DNA of 64,000 bases. Origin: Balanoglossus misakiensis. Lineage: Eukaryota > Animalia > Hemichordata. This document shows, piece after piece, positions 1-12,100 of the stretch (position 1 is the stretch's first letter; each line of letters starts with the position of its first letter). The notes under the pieces are model-generated. The model was not told the DNA's origin and searched no databases. It saw only the letters and a list, made by a program, of their open reading frames with translations. Location: assembly GCA_040954595.2 (NCBI GenBank), contig CM082587.2, forward strand, positions 1,449,500 to 1,513,499. Direction: 5' to 3'. The position numbers and the translations under genes are program-made.

Positions 1-2540
1 GCGTTTCGCTGTCAAAGTTGACAGAAACTATGCATCAGCAAATGTCAGCGATGTCCTTGGAAGCAGATTGCTCCTGGCACCGAGCAGAAGAGCGGCAACA
101 ACCAATGAATCACATCAACCGAGTGTATCTGGTTACATTCCCAGTATTAGTGTCAGGAAAATGCTGGCACTTTAAAAATACATAAAACATCACAACAAAT
201 TCCATGCCCTTCAGGGTTTGACATCATGCCAGCCGTAAAAATTAATACGCAACTCATATTACACGATCTCCAGGTCGTGCTTTGACACATTTATTCCCAG
301 TATGCTGTGACTGGCACTATCCTGCGGGTATCCACGGCGACCACCCGAGCCAGGCACGAAAATCAACAACGCCACAGAAAGTAACCTTAGTTTCAAGTCC
401 CACCAAAGGGTATTTTGATATAAATATGCATCTTTCGTCATCTGTGAAAACATTGTTTATCTACCATAAAAATTAATGTGCATTTTATGCTTTTATTTTT
501 CTTACATAAAACTTATTGACAATCTGTCATGCATGTCACTTGCTGTACTGCTTACATCATGTGAAACCATTACCACATAACAGATGTGTACACACTACTT
601 TTAAACAATTATTTCAGACCATTTAGAGAGGGAACTATACAAGTGACGGCATCACCGAAACTCTTTTGAATGTGAACAACAAAGGGGACATCAATTACTG
701 CGTAAAATTCACCCTACATCACATGGGAGGTCCCCAATTTTACAGCCTTCCAGGAATTTTGAAAATGCTTTCTCATCTGCTTGCTGACAAATCTGATATG
801 TCCATCAAAGCACTGACAAACCATGCAATGTAAGAGAATTGATCAAGTTATTGTTGAAAAAACAAATTGCTGAAAAACTTTACGTTTACAAAACAAGTAT
901 GAAACATAATGAATGGAACATGTTATGATGTTAAAGAAAAACAAACTGAGGAATACATGTCAAAAGACACACCCCCTCAGAACATCAACACTCACAAACT
1001 ATCAAGAAACACTCTATTTTTTACCAAAAATACATGTACATACCACTGGTTTGTACACTGGCTTCATCGATAGGGCCTTAGGCTCTTCCTTCTTGAAAAT
1101 CACGCGGAAAGTTTGTCGAAGTTTGTGGCAGAGCGTTCTGTAGGGTGAAAACTTGACCCCTTGTTGTACCATAATAAAGCTGGACTGTTCGCTCTCACCC
1201 ACAACTGGAATTTCACATGTTCAGCAACACAGAGACTTCCAAATTCGCAGTAAAATCTTGAGGTGAACGTCTGAATTAAAAATCTTCTACTAAGCAGATC
1301 TCAAAACCACAGCAAGGAAGTACAAGACGAGGGAACTACACCAGTGAATCTGAGTAATTAGGTTTTTCCTGTCATGTGAATACGGATCCATGCATGATGC
1401 ATATAGATATACTTGTTGGCCGTAAATGAACAGGACACGGTCTAATAGCGGTGACTGTATTCAAATAAGCAACCTCCTGAATGGGTGACATCACAAAAAA
1501 CCCTTCCCTCGCAAATAACCTTTGACCACCGACTTCCCATATACGGCAACATGTCTCATTATGGATGGTTTGGCCCCCATGCGCACAAGTCATGGGAAAG
1601 AACCAAAGTGGTACAAAACACTTATTGTGTGACTTCAGGAGACTGAGTTTCTGAAACGCAACCATGATGAAGTGAAAGAACTGGTCACAGATGTAAAAAA
1701 AGAAACAAGTGTAAACAGCTGCTGTTTTGAGCAAAAGAAGCAATTTTTATCATTTCATAAATAACTGTAATATGCGATACACATTGGTATTGAACTGGAG
1801 AAATCACAAAATTCACAGGTACAAATGAAAACTCTTTTCATTTTCAATGCTTACATTTTCTGATTTCCTTCACAATTTTCAATACTAAACTGAGTATATA
1901 TATAACTCAATGACACAGCATTCCGCTCGAACCAAAATGATCATGAACCTTGTCACAAAATCAGGCCACAGCCAATACCCCTGCAGGCTAACTCTATCTT
2001 CCAATGCTACATTTCTGACACTGTTATATAAGCCTCAACAGATTACAGCTTTTGTCCATATTGTAATTCAGCAACGTGACTTAGAAAGTCGTGTCAAAGC
2101 ACACAGCCCAGTACTTCACAATGTGTCGTCACGTTGATTCAAAAGTAACTGGGCGCTATGAATAAATTTACATAATGCTGTACTGCAGTAAAAAAATATA
2201 GAGAATGTATAAAATTCTCCTTTCTTGATATATACAACAATTGAATTGTATGTGGTATTGGTTCAATGGTATGGGGGTATATCACTCTGTATGTGACTAA
2301 ATATGGATTTATATTATTTATTTATTTATATCAACAACAACAGCAATATACATGTAGATGTATATTGCACTCAATTCAGTGCACGTAACACAATTAAGTG
2401 AGCAGATTTCATGTCCCTCAGGCACTGTCTATACTTAGAACAGATTTCTGACGTTCTTTAGTAGATTTACCACATCAGTAGCAGTGAAGTAAAAACATTA
2501 TGTAACACATCTCATCTCACACACAATGTCAACCATTAAA

Positions 2541-2698
2541 ATCTTTTCAGTCGTTCACTCCGATGCAAAGTGAATGAATTCTTTTACAATGTGGTAGAGT
2601 AATTTACCAACAAGGCAACATCTTTTCAGTCGTTCACTCCGATGCAAAGTGAATGAATTCTTTTACAATGTGGTAGAGTAATTTACCAACAAGGCAAC
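2541..2698. repeat. Exact 79-bp tandem duplication (2 copies)
   Basis: ATCTTTTCAGTCGTTCACTCC...CAAGGCAAC occurs at 2541-2619 and again at 2620-2698. Confidence 0.9.
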
Positions 2699-3934
2699 AG
2701 TCTACAACTGGTATTCCAAAGAGTAAGCGGTTACCTGTTGTACTCACAACTATTTTAATTTGTCCAGCTCACAGACACACATGGACAAATAAAACCCAAC
2801 GGCAAAATGAATTCACCAGTGAATTCTCCAAATAATGGTATGTCTTAATCCACAGTTTCCTGCTCGTTGCAAGTTTTATTGATTTTTCACAAAACAAAAA
2901 TGACAGATATATCATTTTATCTGTAACTTAAAAGCCAGGAATGTTTTTAATTACATGTACCATGCAGGTACAAATAGTTTCTAATTTGTTATCAAATTTG
3001 TACTGGTTAATATAGTACATTGTACTGTATAGTTACAAGGGAATGTAGGCCAAAATGATGACACGTAGAAAATGCTAGGTGTGGAAGAAAATGGCTAATC
3101 AAGGTTAAACATATTGTCAAAAACTTAAACAATGGGTGACATCAATAGCAAAGTACACTTATGAGCTGTTTGGAATGTGATTAGCCTGCCATGGTCAAAT
3201 ATTTGAAGGGAAATTAGCTGTTACTTTTGCCTATTTGTTCAGTATCTTGGTTTCTTGTCCTACTCTAATATGGCATGCTAAAATGCCCAATATTCTGTTT
3301 GCCAACACAGCCTGTATGTTAAATAAAAAAATAACCACTGTTATTGTTGGCAATTGAATTCTAGTCTGGACTTCAAGTCCAGGCTTCAATTCAACTTTTA
3401 AAATAATGATGTAAACACCTGTTGACGCAGTAGAATATCCTCAACTCAGCTAGCCCTTCTGACATGCACTGCAAACACATTAATTACCCTTGTTCAAGAG
3501 CTGCTACTGTTTGCCAACAATCTCCACCAAACATCTAAAGTACACATCTCCAGAGATAGCAAAATGAACTTTGACCCCCCTAAGTAACTCTTGCAATCAG
3601 ATAAGGTTTTCTTAATCAGTGTAAGTACCCTTGCAGTTAAATATAACGGTTCACCTGTGACAGTTATCCAATCAAAAGTTATCCAACAGATCTCAAGCAG
3701 TGATACATGAAATCATCACAGACCCCAGGTGGTCTATGTTATAGTTTTGCAATAACAGTAAAAAAGACTTGTTTAGCGACTCAACTAAAAGTAGTAGCAA
3801 CAAGTAGACAGTTCTGAGTTATTAAACACAACTAGCTACCTATGCTGTTTTTCATTTGCTAATCTAGTGAAACTTTTTTTAAAGTGACAGCCTGGCATAT
3901 TGTACAGTGATCATAAACTTGTGGGAAGGTGACA

Positions 3935-4140
3935 TTATAAAACGGGAAATTTTCGCGGACGCTCAATTTGCGAACTTTGCGAGAGCCAAAAAAAAAAGAC
4001 GCGAAAATATAAAGTCGCGTAAAATGTTTTAGGAAATTGAACGATGCAGTTAGTGAAATACGACACCACGAAAGTTAATTGTCGCGTAACAGTTGCCACT
4101 TTTGATACAATGTCGCGAAACTTTCCCGTTAAATACAGTA
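3935..4140. mobile_element. MITE-like non-autonomous element (~200 bp)
   Basis: Terminal inverted repeats AACGGGAAATTTTCGCG (3941-3957) and CGCGAAACTTTCCCGTT (4114-4130). The right end is TACAGTA and there are internal TCGCG-rich subrepeats. No ORF. Confidence 0.6.
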
Positions 4141-5590
4141 ATACAAGTGGTTTCTAAGTTGTCATAAAGTACTGAGCATAGACTTTTAAAAAATTCTGAT
4201 TATTAGTTGTATAACTATAAAAACTTTGAATTAGCCGCATCATAAATTAGCGAATATAAAAATCTACTGTCTATGGTTAAAAAAACATTGCTAGCTAAAA
4301 TCACGACACGTAAGTAAATTCTACACAGTGGGCGTGCAAACTTAAAACAGTATTAGTGCGTATGTAGTGGTGGGGCAACTTAAAAAAAAACGAGTATATT
4401 CCAATACATGTCTGGTGACGACTAGCTGTGTATACAATATCATTTAGGTCACCGTAGCACACCGTTGCTGTGCACACAGGTCAGCCTGGTATCAACTATC
4501 TGCCATCACAGCTACGCCCGATTATAATTGAACACGCACTGTGACAACCTGTTGATGTTGGACTCACCGGACTGTCGTTTCCTAAGCCCATCGTGCGGCA
4601 AATTTCGCGTCGAAAGCCGCTTAGGGTGTCAGGATCTTGAAGTATTCGCGATTCATGACGATCTCTCTGTCATAATTACAACATGACCATACAAACCATG
4701 CCCATCAACAACACAATGTAATTCGTATGTATACACCTTTACAACAAACACCGCTTCGATGATCGCGAAAAGAGTGGGCGTGCCGCGGTCTGATCACTTC
4801 TTCTGTCGACAGTCTCCCTCCGAAATAAATGAGTCCATAAAATAGATATCGTTAAAGTTGAAACCTGGGGATGGTTCCTATTTTATGGATGCCAGATTGG
4901 TTCAGGTTGCTTAATAGTGGCTACAGTTTTAACTGTCAGTCCCTAGAAAGAATAATAGCAGGAAATTTGTCCAGGCGACAAAGTCTGCGGAGTAATATTT
5001 AAAAACTTTTTTATGAAACGCGCCTCATGACTCTTCTGGCGCTACTGGTATTGAAGTTTGGCCACTTGATCGGTAGAACCTAATGCAACTTCCAACCCTA
5101 TCCTTCAAGTTCTGAGTATTTTTTAATCATTCAGGATGGCATATCAGTATTCCAGGGCATTAGAAGCTTTATTTAGTCCCACTGGTTGCGAAAAGAAGTT
5201 AAATCGCCATCTAGCTTCACGTTGTCTCATTTTGGTCATATATTGCACACTGCGAACTGTCGGATAGTTTTTTCACCAGTCATAATGGAAAAGTGTTCAC
5301 TGATTCGGCACTGTAAATTGAAATGCGATTCATCATATTCGCTTGGCACAAAGAAACAAAAATCAGAACGAGTATTACTGCACGGGATCTGGACCGACGT
5401 TGCGGCATCGACTCGAGATTCTTCAATTCACTCTCGTTATTGAAGTTATTTCGATGGTATTCTAAGTGTATAACACACATCGAAAAGCGCCTAAACGTCA
5501 ACATCAACTGACATTTCTCATACCATAGAGGTAGTCTATATTTTTTGGCTTTGAAAGACGCGACGATCCGAGCAAATGGGTCACCCTGGC

Positions 5591-6418
5591 TATAGACTGC
5601 CCTCAACGTCGAGCTTGCGCTGACAAGTCGCGGTGAAAATATTTACATATCCATTGTGAAAATAGTCAGATATCGCATGTTGGCCAATAACATTTTATTA
5701 TGTTGGAAAAATATCAATATGAGATGGAATGGGGTGTTGTAATATGTAATTCCTGAAATACGCAAGGATAGACTTTTTCCTGAGTTTCGGTGCCATTTGA
5801 AAAGCTCTAAAGTACGTAGTTTTGCAACCGTGGTAAGTTTTGTGAAACATTGCATATATATTACTTTGAAGACTGTAATTTTATTACTAAGGTTCTAATT
5901 TGCTTATTTCAGCTAAATATGCAATTTTTGTAGGGTCTTCCTACTGACCCGATCTATAAATTTTAATAACAGAAAGTATCACAAAATAGATAAAAGTAAT
6001 AATGTATAGACTGCTCTCAAGGTCGAGCATGCGCTCTCAAGTCGCTGTGAAAATATTAGCATATCCATTGTGAAAGTAGTCAGATATCGCATGTTGGCCA
6101 ATAACATTTTATTATATGTTGGAAAAAATATCAATATGAGATGGAAGGGGGTGTTGTAATATGTAATTACTAAAATACGCAAGGATAGACTTTTTCCTGA
6201 GTTTCGGTGCCATTTGAAAAGCTCTAAAGTACGTGGGTTTCGCAACCGTAGTAAGTTTTGTGAAACATTGCATATATATTACTTTGAAGAATTGTGCCTT
6301 TCAGGTCAAATAAATGCCTAGAATTAGATATGCAATTTTTGTAGGGTCTTCCTGCTGACCCGATCTATAAATTTAAAAAACAGAAAGTATCACAACATAG
6401 CTTACAGTAATAACGTAT
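5591..6418. repeat. Diverged tandem duplication, ~414-bp unit (2 copies)
   Basis: TATAGACTGC(C/T)CTCAA(C/G)GTCGAGC starts at 5591 and 6005 and the copies are colinear to GTAATAA(T/C)GTAT. This explains the two near-identical ORFs at 5643-5855 and 5979-6245. Confidence 0.9.
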
Positions 6419-6593
6419 GTTTATTTGAATAAATACAAATAAAATGTATAACATCAATCAATTCAATTAGGCAATCCCTTCAAAGTTATTTCAATGCAAA
6501 ATGATTACATATTTTTCATTTTAGTACATGTAAATAGAAAATAAGGCTAATGTTCCATTATTATAATTATTGCTTAGAAATCACCTGACCAGT

Positions 6594-7526
6594 TCAACTC
6601 TTGACTGGCCCACCAAACATTTTACTCATGGCTGCAGCATATTGCTTGTCCTGCTGCTTAACTTTTGAGAGTAGCGCTGACATTTGATCTCTGATAGCTT
6701 TATTTTGGGGTTCTAATTCCTGTGCTTTGGTTAAGTCTTCCTTAGCACCATCAAACTCATTCAACTTAATCAAAGCCTGCCCTCTTCGGTAAAATGCTTT
6801 TACATTCTTGGCATCGATGGTGAGTGCCTCAGTACACAGTAGAACAACATTTTCATACTGCTTAAGCTTCAGAAGGCAAGCAGACAAGTTCAACAGACAG
6901 GAACATTTCAGAGCGTTAAATTTCTCTTTGGTCTTCTCGGACAGCTGCTCCTGGTCACTCTTTCTCCCAACAGTAATGAGAAGCTTCACAGCTTTGCTGT
7001 ATCTCTTGGCAGCCAGGACAGTCTTCCCATTCTGGAAGCATGCAGTACCCTTTTGCTTTTGGCAATCAGATCTTTCAATTTTCTCCTCAGCAGACATTCT
7101 CCAAACTTCTTTGAATCTGGTGACTGATTTTAATTCTACGTCAAACTTTGCAACGCATTCCTCTTCTGTAGAATCATCCGTCAGACTTTCTTGTATTCCA
7201 GACATTGAAGAGTTCAGTCTTTCTTCACCAAGATGTCTGACTAGTGTTGTTTTTGGCAGACGAATTTGACATCTTTCACCTTCTTGCATACTCTCTAGGC
7301 AAATGTCAAAATTTTCTGATAATTCTGCATCGAAGTCACCTATGCAGACCTCAATTTCTCTTTGCAACGGATATCCAATGATATCTTCATCTAAGTGATA
7401 TTTTCCAGCCAATGGGGTGATCTGTATCATACATTTGGAGCCATCATTTGGTGTAACCAATCCAAAGCCTTCACTGATAATCTCCTTTGTGAAGGACTTG
7501 TCTGGTGGCTGCCACATTGATGACAT
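6594..7526 (-). CDS. FKBPL: FK506-binding protein-like (degenerate FKBP domain + 3 TPRs), single coding exon, 310 aa
   Basis: N-terminal WQPPDKSFTKEIISEGFG...PNDGSKC resembles FKBPL (W.CPDGSFVKKIVIRGHG). TPR motifs KQKGTACFQ, LNLSACLLKL, NVKAFYRRGQA and C-terminal MSKMFG are present. A 5'UTR intron is likely (acceptor ~7578, donor GTGAG ~7854 on minus). Confidence 0.85.
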   Translation of the reverse strand: MSSMWQPPDKSFTKEIISEGFGLVTPNDGSKCMIQITPLAGKYHLDEDIIGYPLQREIEVCIGDFDAELSENFDICLESMQEGERCQIRLPKTTLVRHLGEERLNSSMSGIQESLTDDSTEEECVAKFDVELKSVTRFKEVWRMSAEEKIERSDCQKQKGTACFQNGKTVLAAKRYSKAVKLLITVGRKSDQEQLSEKTKEKFNALKCSCLLNLSACLLKLKQYENVVLLCTEALTIDAKNVKAFYRRGQALIKLNEFDGAKEDLTKAQELEPQNKAIRDQMSALLSKVKQQDKQYAAAMSKMFGGPVKS

Positions 7527-7899
7527 TATAGATGTTCTTCTTTATTTTTGGCAATATTTATTGACTGCTCTTTCACTCTGTAGGAAGATAAGTTAATGTA
7601 AGTATGGTAAGAAAGAATTCTCTTTGAATACTTAGAGGTAAAGGTTTGAAACTTTGGTGACATAATTTCACAGGCAGAAATAACCAAATGAGTAGTGTTA
7701 GGAGGTCAATGGTGCAGCACTCTTGTACTGATTCTAGGTACTGCATATATTTTTGCTATGCTTAACAAACCATATAGTTATATAGAAACAGAATGCAGAT
7801 TACCAAGAACTGGAGCTGGCCTAAAACAGAATGTTCTTACAATAATGTCTCACCTCGTCTGGCCAGGTCAACCACTGCAGCAGAATCCACTTATTGACC

Positions 7900-7975
7900 T
7901 TTGACACCATGAAACATCAACATCTGCAGGTGCAACGCGCCTGCGCGAAGTGCCACGAAAGTTAAAATGGCGTCC
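7900..7975. promoter_or_regulatory. Bidirectional promoter FKBPL/GOLGA1
   Basis: NRF1-like GCGCCTGCGC (7937-7946) and YY1-like AAAATGGCG (7964-7972) lie between outward-facing splice donors (minus ~7854; plus GTAAGG ~8032). Confidence 0.6.
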
Positions 7976-9180
7976 TTCCGTAATATCAAGAATGAACTTT
8001 AATCGTGGAATATTTTAGGACTTTACGAACGGTAAGGATAATATAGCAATAATTTTAGTTTGACAATTGACGGTATGTGTAATTTACCTCAACGCATTGG
8101 AAAATGTGCTACCATAATTAAATGAATATGTCATTAAAACGGGTTGGTTCGAGATGAGCGATCGAGTCCCGTCTGGAGTGTAGACTGTAGTTGTAGTGGC
8201 ACCGGTTGTCGCGGTCCATAGATCGGGCAGGTCGTCTGTTGACGATCAGAAGGAAGTTCTGTGGGGGGTTTCGTCGTAAAACTCGGGCAAAGACCGGGAG
8301 AACTGATGGGATGATCGCAAATATATGCGAAACCACAATTACTCCAACTTGCTTCCACGGCTGTAATGATATTCAGCTTATTCTTGAAATAGACAGGGGG
8401 TGAGCTAGCTGCAATAATTGTAGCTCTTGTTTTTTCTGTTGGGTTTGCGAAAAAAAGAGGGTTAGGGTTAAATCGTCAAAATGTCAAAAAAAGGCCTAGA
8501 TATCGTCAAAATGCCAAAAGAAGGCGGAAAACGCTACAGTTACTGCAGTTAGGGGTGAGCATGATCACAGAGGATGGAACGGGAAGGAGGATGCATGAAC
8601 GACTTTTACAGCTCATTCAATGTCTACTGAATGCTAAATATCGGAAACGGCGTTTTGACCCCGGGCTGTGTCATTGTCGTGTGGACCACGCCCCCTTTAT
8701 AATACACATGGATACAAATCTCATTATTTACGTGTGTCCATTTTCTTTCAGTGCCAAGTTAATAACCACTGCTGAATAGTTGCCGAACCAGAGCTGTTGT
8801 TGTTGCCTTCTGCTTTTGGGGTTATTTGCCCATTTGAAGACTTTGTGATCTGGTCGTCTCTTGAGATGCATTGATGCTGGGGCTGTGATTGATACAGTTG
8901 GCATCTGGTGGCTGAATGGGTCAATGGATGTCAGTATCTAAGCGAGTTCACTTCTGATTGTTCGAACAAGTGGAAGTGTACACATTCTGGAGTAGACAGG
9001 TTGGGTAACCTCATCAGTGTTCCAGGTACTGATCGGATAGCAGGAGTAATTAGTCGTTCACAGATATCAAACTTTGACTTGGTCATCGACTCCAGTGAAG
9101 TGGAGGATCTGGACCAACCGTATCAGACACTCTAAAAGAGTACCACTTTGCTGGATTTGTCGGTAACTTCCATCTTCATC

Positions 9181-12100
9181 ATGTTTGCAAAACTGAAACA
9201 GAAGTTGGTGGAAGTGGAGGGGGACAGCCCCCTGAACAGGAGCTTTGGAAGTCCTGGAGGGAAAGGTCCCGGACAAGCCATGAAAGATTCCATGGGGAGA
9301 AATTCTGGTGGAAGGAGGGAATCACTGCAGGGAAGTGATAATGACACAGCATCAAGCAGTAGTTCTCAACTTGTAAGTGATTAAATTAGTTATGAAATGA
9401 AAACTGTTTTTTTTCACAGTTGTTTGAATGAAAGAGGAAGTCATTAAATCAGTTTGCAGTGATATCAACATGCAAGTCTGGAAACATCGTACATTTGCAT
9501 TCTTTTTTAATTCCATCTCCAGCCAATCGCCACTAAGGAGGAGCTCATTGCTAAAATTGCCAAGAAAAGTGAACAGATTCGCGACTTGGAAGCCAAAGTT
9601 GCAGAATATGGAGGAATGTTGAAAGATACCATGAAAATGAAAGAAAAGGTTGAGACAGCTTTGGAAAAACAACAAGATGGTGAGAACTTCTGCTGAATGT
9701 TTTTGTTTACTCAAAAAATCTACAGGGCGAGAATCAGCACTGACCTTTGATAAGATACTAGTATAATCTTGGTTAAAATATCATTGTAAATAGGGTGTGT
9801 CCTTGGCCAAGATTTGGCCTTATCAATTAAATGATTTGTGTTGATTTTCTTGCTTTGGTTAGCTGCTCTGAAAAGAATCCAAGCAATGAATGAAGAGTAT
9901 CAGGACAAAAGATCTAAAATGTCAGAAGCACATGCCTTGGCTTTGAAAATACAAGAAGAGGAATACCAAACAAAGCAAGAAAATTTACAGAGGGTATGTT
10001 GAATATTGTCTCTACTTTTCCATTCTTTTCCACCCAACTACTGCAAGTGTTTCCCAAGATTAATCATTTGTACACTATCTGAACAAAGTTGTAGTTTAAT
10101 TGGGTCTTTTTCTCTTTTGCAGGAAAATACAGAACTCCAGGAAAAAGTTCTAAAGCTAGAAGGCGCTGTGTTTAAAAAGAGGGAAGAAAATGATGAAATC
10201 CAGGAATTTCAACTCCAGGAGATGGCTAAAATTAAACATCTTGTATGTCTATCTAGATTTAGCCTTTTATCAATTATACGCTTACACAAGTTTTGTCACT
10301 GATAATAATATGCACTGAAGAACACGTCCCTTTCTTTGTTGTTATTATTGTTGTGTCTTGGAAACCTTGTATGCAGTGTTGTGTTTTACTGGTGATTTCT
10401 GTTCTGTTGAAGTTTTTAAACAGTCAAGAAGAGCTTGGAAAATGCAAGAGCAAGATTGAGGAAACAAGTCAAAAATTGGAAGAGAGCTTGCAGCTGAAGG
10501 ATAGCTTACAGACAGAGCTTAAAACCAATAAAAAACTTTTGGAGAAAGTGACCAAAGAAAGGTAGTTATTCCCAGATTTGAATTCAAGAAGGCTTAAACA
10601 AAGTGCGCAAAATGGAATGGGAATATTTATGTTTCACTGAGAATTTTGAAGTTGGTTTTGACTTCAACTGTCTCTCTTCTCCAAACAGAGATGATTTCAG
10701 GCAAAATAGACTAGAAAATGCTGATCTTGTGTTGAAACTGGAAAGGGAGAAAACCAACTGTGTTGAAAAAATTACAGAACTGAATCAAGTCATTTCTGAG
10801 GTAAGTAAGATACAGTGTTAACTTTTGGTGTCAAATATTAATTTGTGGAAATTTATAGTAATCTTGTAGCATATGTGACATTACTGTACATTTTAAAATA
10901 TATTTTATTGCATGCTACATAAAAGATAATGCTTTCCAATTTTAGCCTGTAAAAGTAACAGCTGAAACACAATGAAATTAACATAAAACTGATTTAGATT
11001 GCATGACAGGGGATTTATTTGCATTTCTGATAGTGCCATGTGTTCAGGAAGTTATTCCTTTACTGTAGAACAGCTTTAAATGATTGAAGTATTATTCAAA
11101 TAAATCTAACTGTTTAGTGAGATGGTGATTGTGTGAAATTTTTTTACAACTAGAGGCTTAACTTTTTCACAATGCAAATTAATAGCCATGTCCTTTGCTA
11201 TATGTAGCATGTAATGTGAAAGTCTCAGATAGCTGTCGTGTGGCATTTTATCAATAGCAACCATTATATATTGCCTGTGCTTCTTGTACCATATTTGTGC
11301 ATGCATGAATGCATGTATATTCAGTTGCTGTATTCTGTTGTTGATTTGGTTTCATGTTCTCTTTCTTTTCCCCACCTTGTTTTGTTTGTGTTGTAGAAAT
11401 CCAGTAGTTTGAGCAAATTAGAAATTAGATTAAATTCCATCCAAGACGAGTATGACTCTTTGCGACATAGTAATGACACGTATAGACAACAGGTAAAACC
11501 ATTTTGTTTCTGTGCAAAAAGTAGTGGTAGTGGTGGTGGGATGGAGTCATTATGCAGGGATTTTTTGCCAAGATATTCTTATAAAAAACAGCAAAGAGTG
11601 TTTGGTATTTTCCTCTGGACATGTGTTTGTGACACTTGTGTAGCAAGGCTTTATTTCATTGACTGATGCACATAGTATATACATTACTATTGCTGTATTT
11701 ATAACTAACTCACATCTTCTTCATTTCTGTCCTCTGTTTCTGCTTCATGGATTGATTAAGTAGAAAAAGAAGGTAAACTAGCCAGTTAGATTTTAGAAGA
11801 ATATTCTACCATTTTAACAATTTATTTGAGTTTAACACTTTATTTGCATAGAAGTTTCCAAATCAAGGAAATGAGGCAAATGTAGTAAATGAATGCACAG
11901 CTATGTCTCTTTAACCTATCAGGAAATAATGGGGATCACAGAATAATGAATAATTTTGTCATGTTGTAAATGTAGATTGCAGCTCAACTTGATGAGAAAG
12001 AGAGTACGATAAACCATTTACAAGATAGAGTGAATACACTTGAGCAGAGATTGCAAGACAGTAACTTGTCTGGTGATGACAAATGGGAAGCTGTCAAGTC

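Noticed and set aside
5643-6245. Two similar short ORFs (RTLELFKWHRNSGKSLSLRI)
   Set aside because: By-product of the ~414-bp tandem duplication; indels between the copies are not frame-preserving.
6808-7269. 153-aa ORF antisense to FKBPL, and similar shadow ORFs opposite other exons
   Set aside because: Antisense shadows of real coding sequence with no recognisable motifs.
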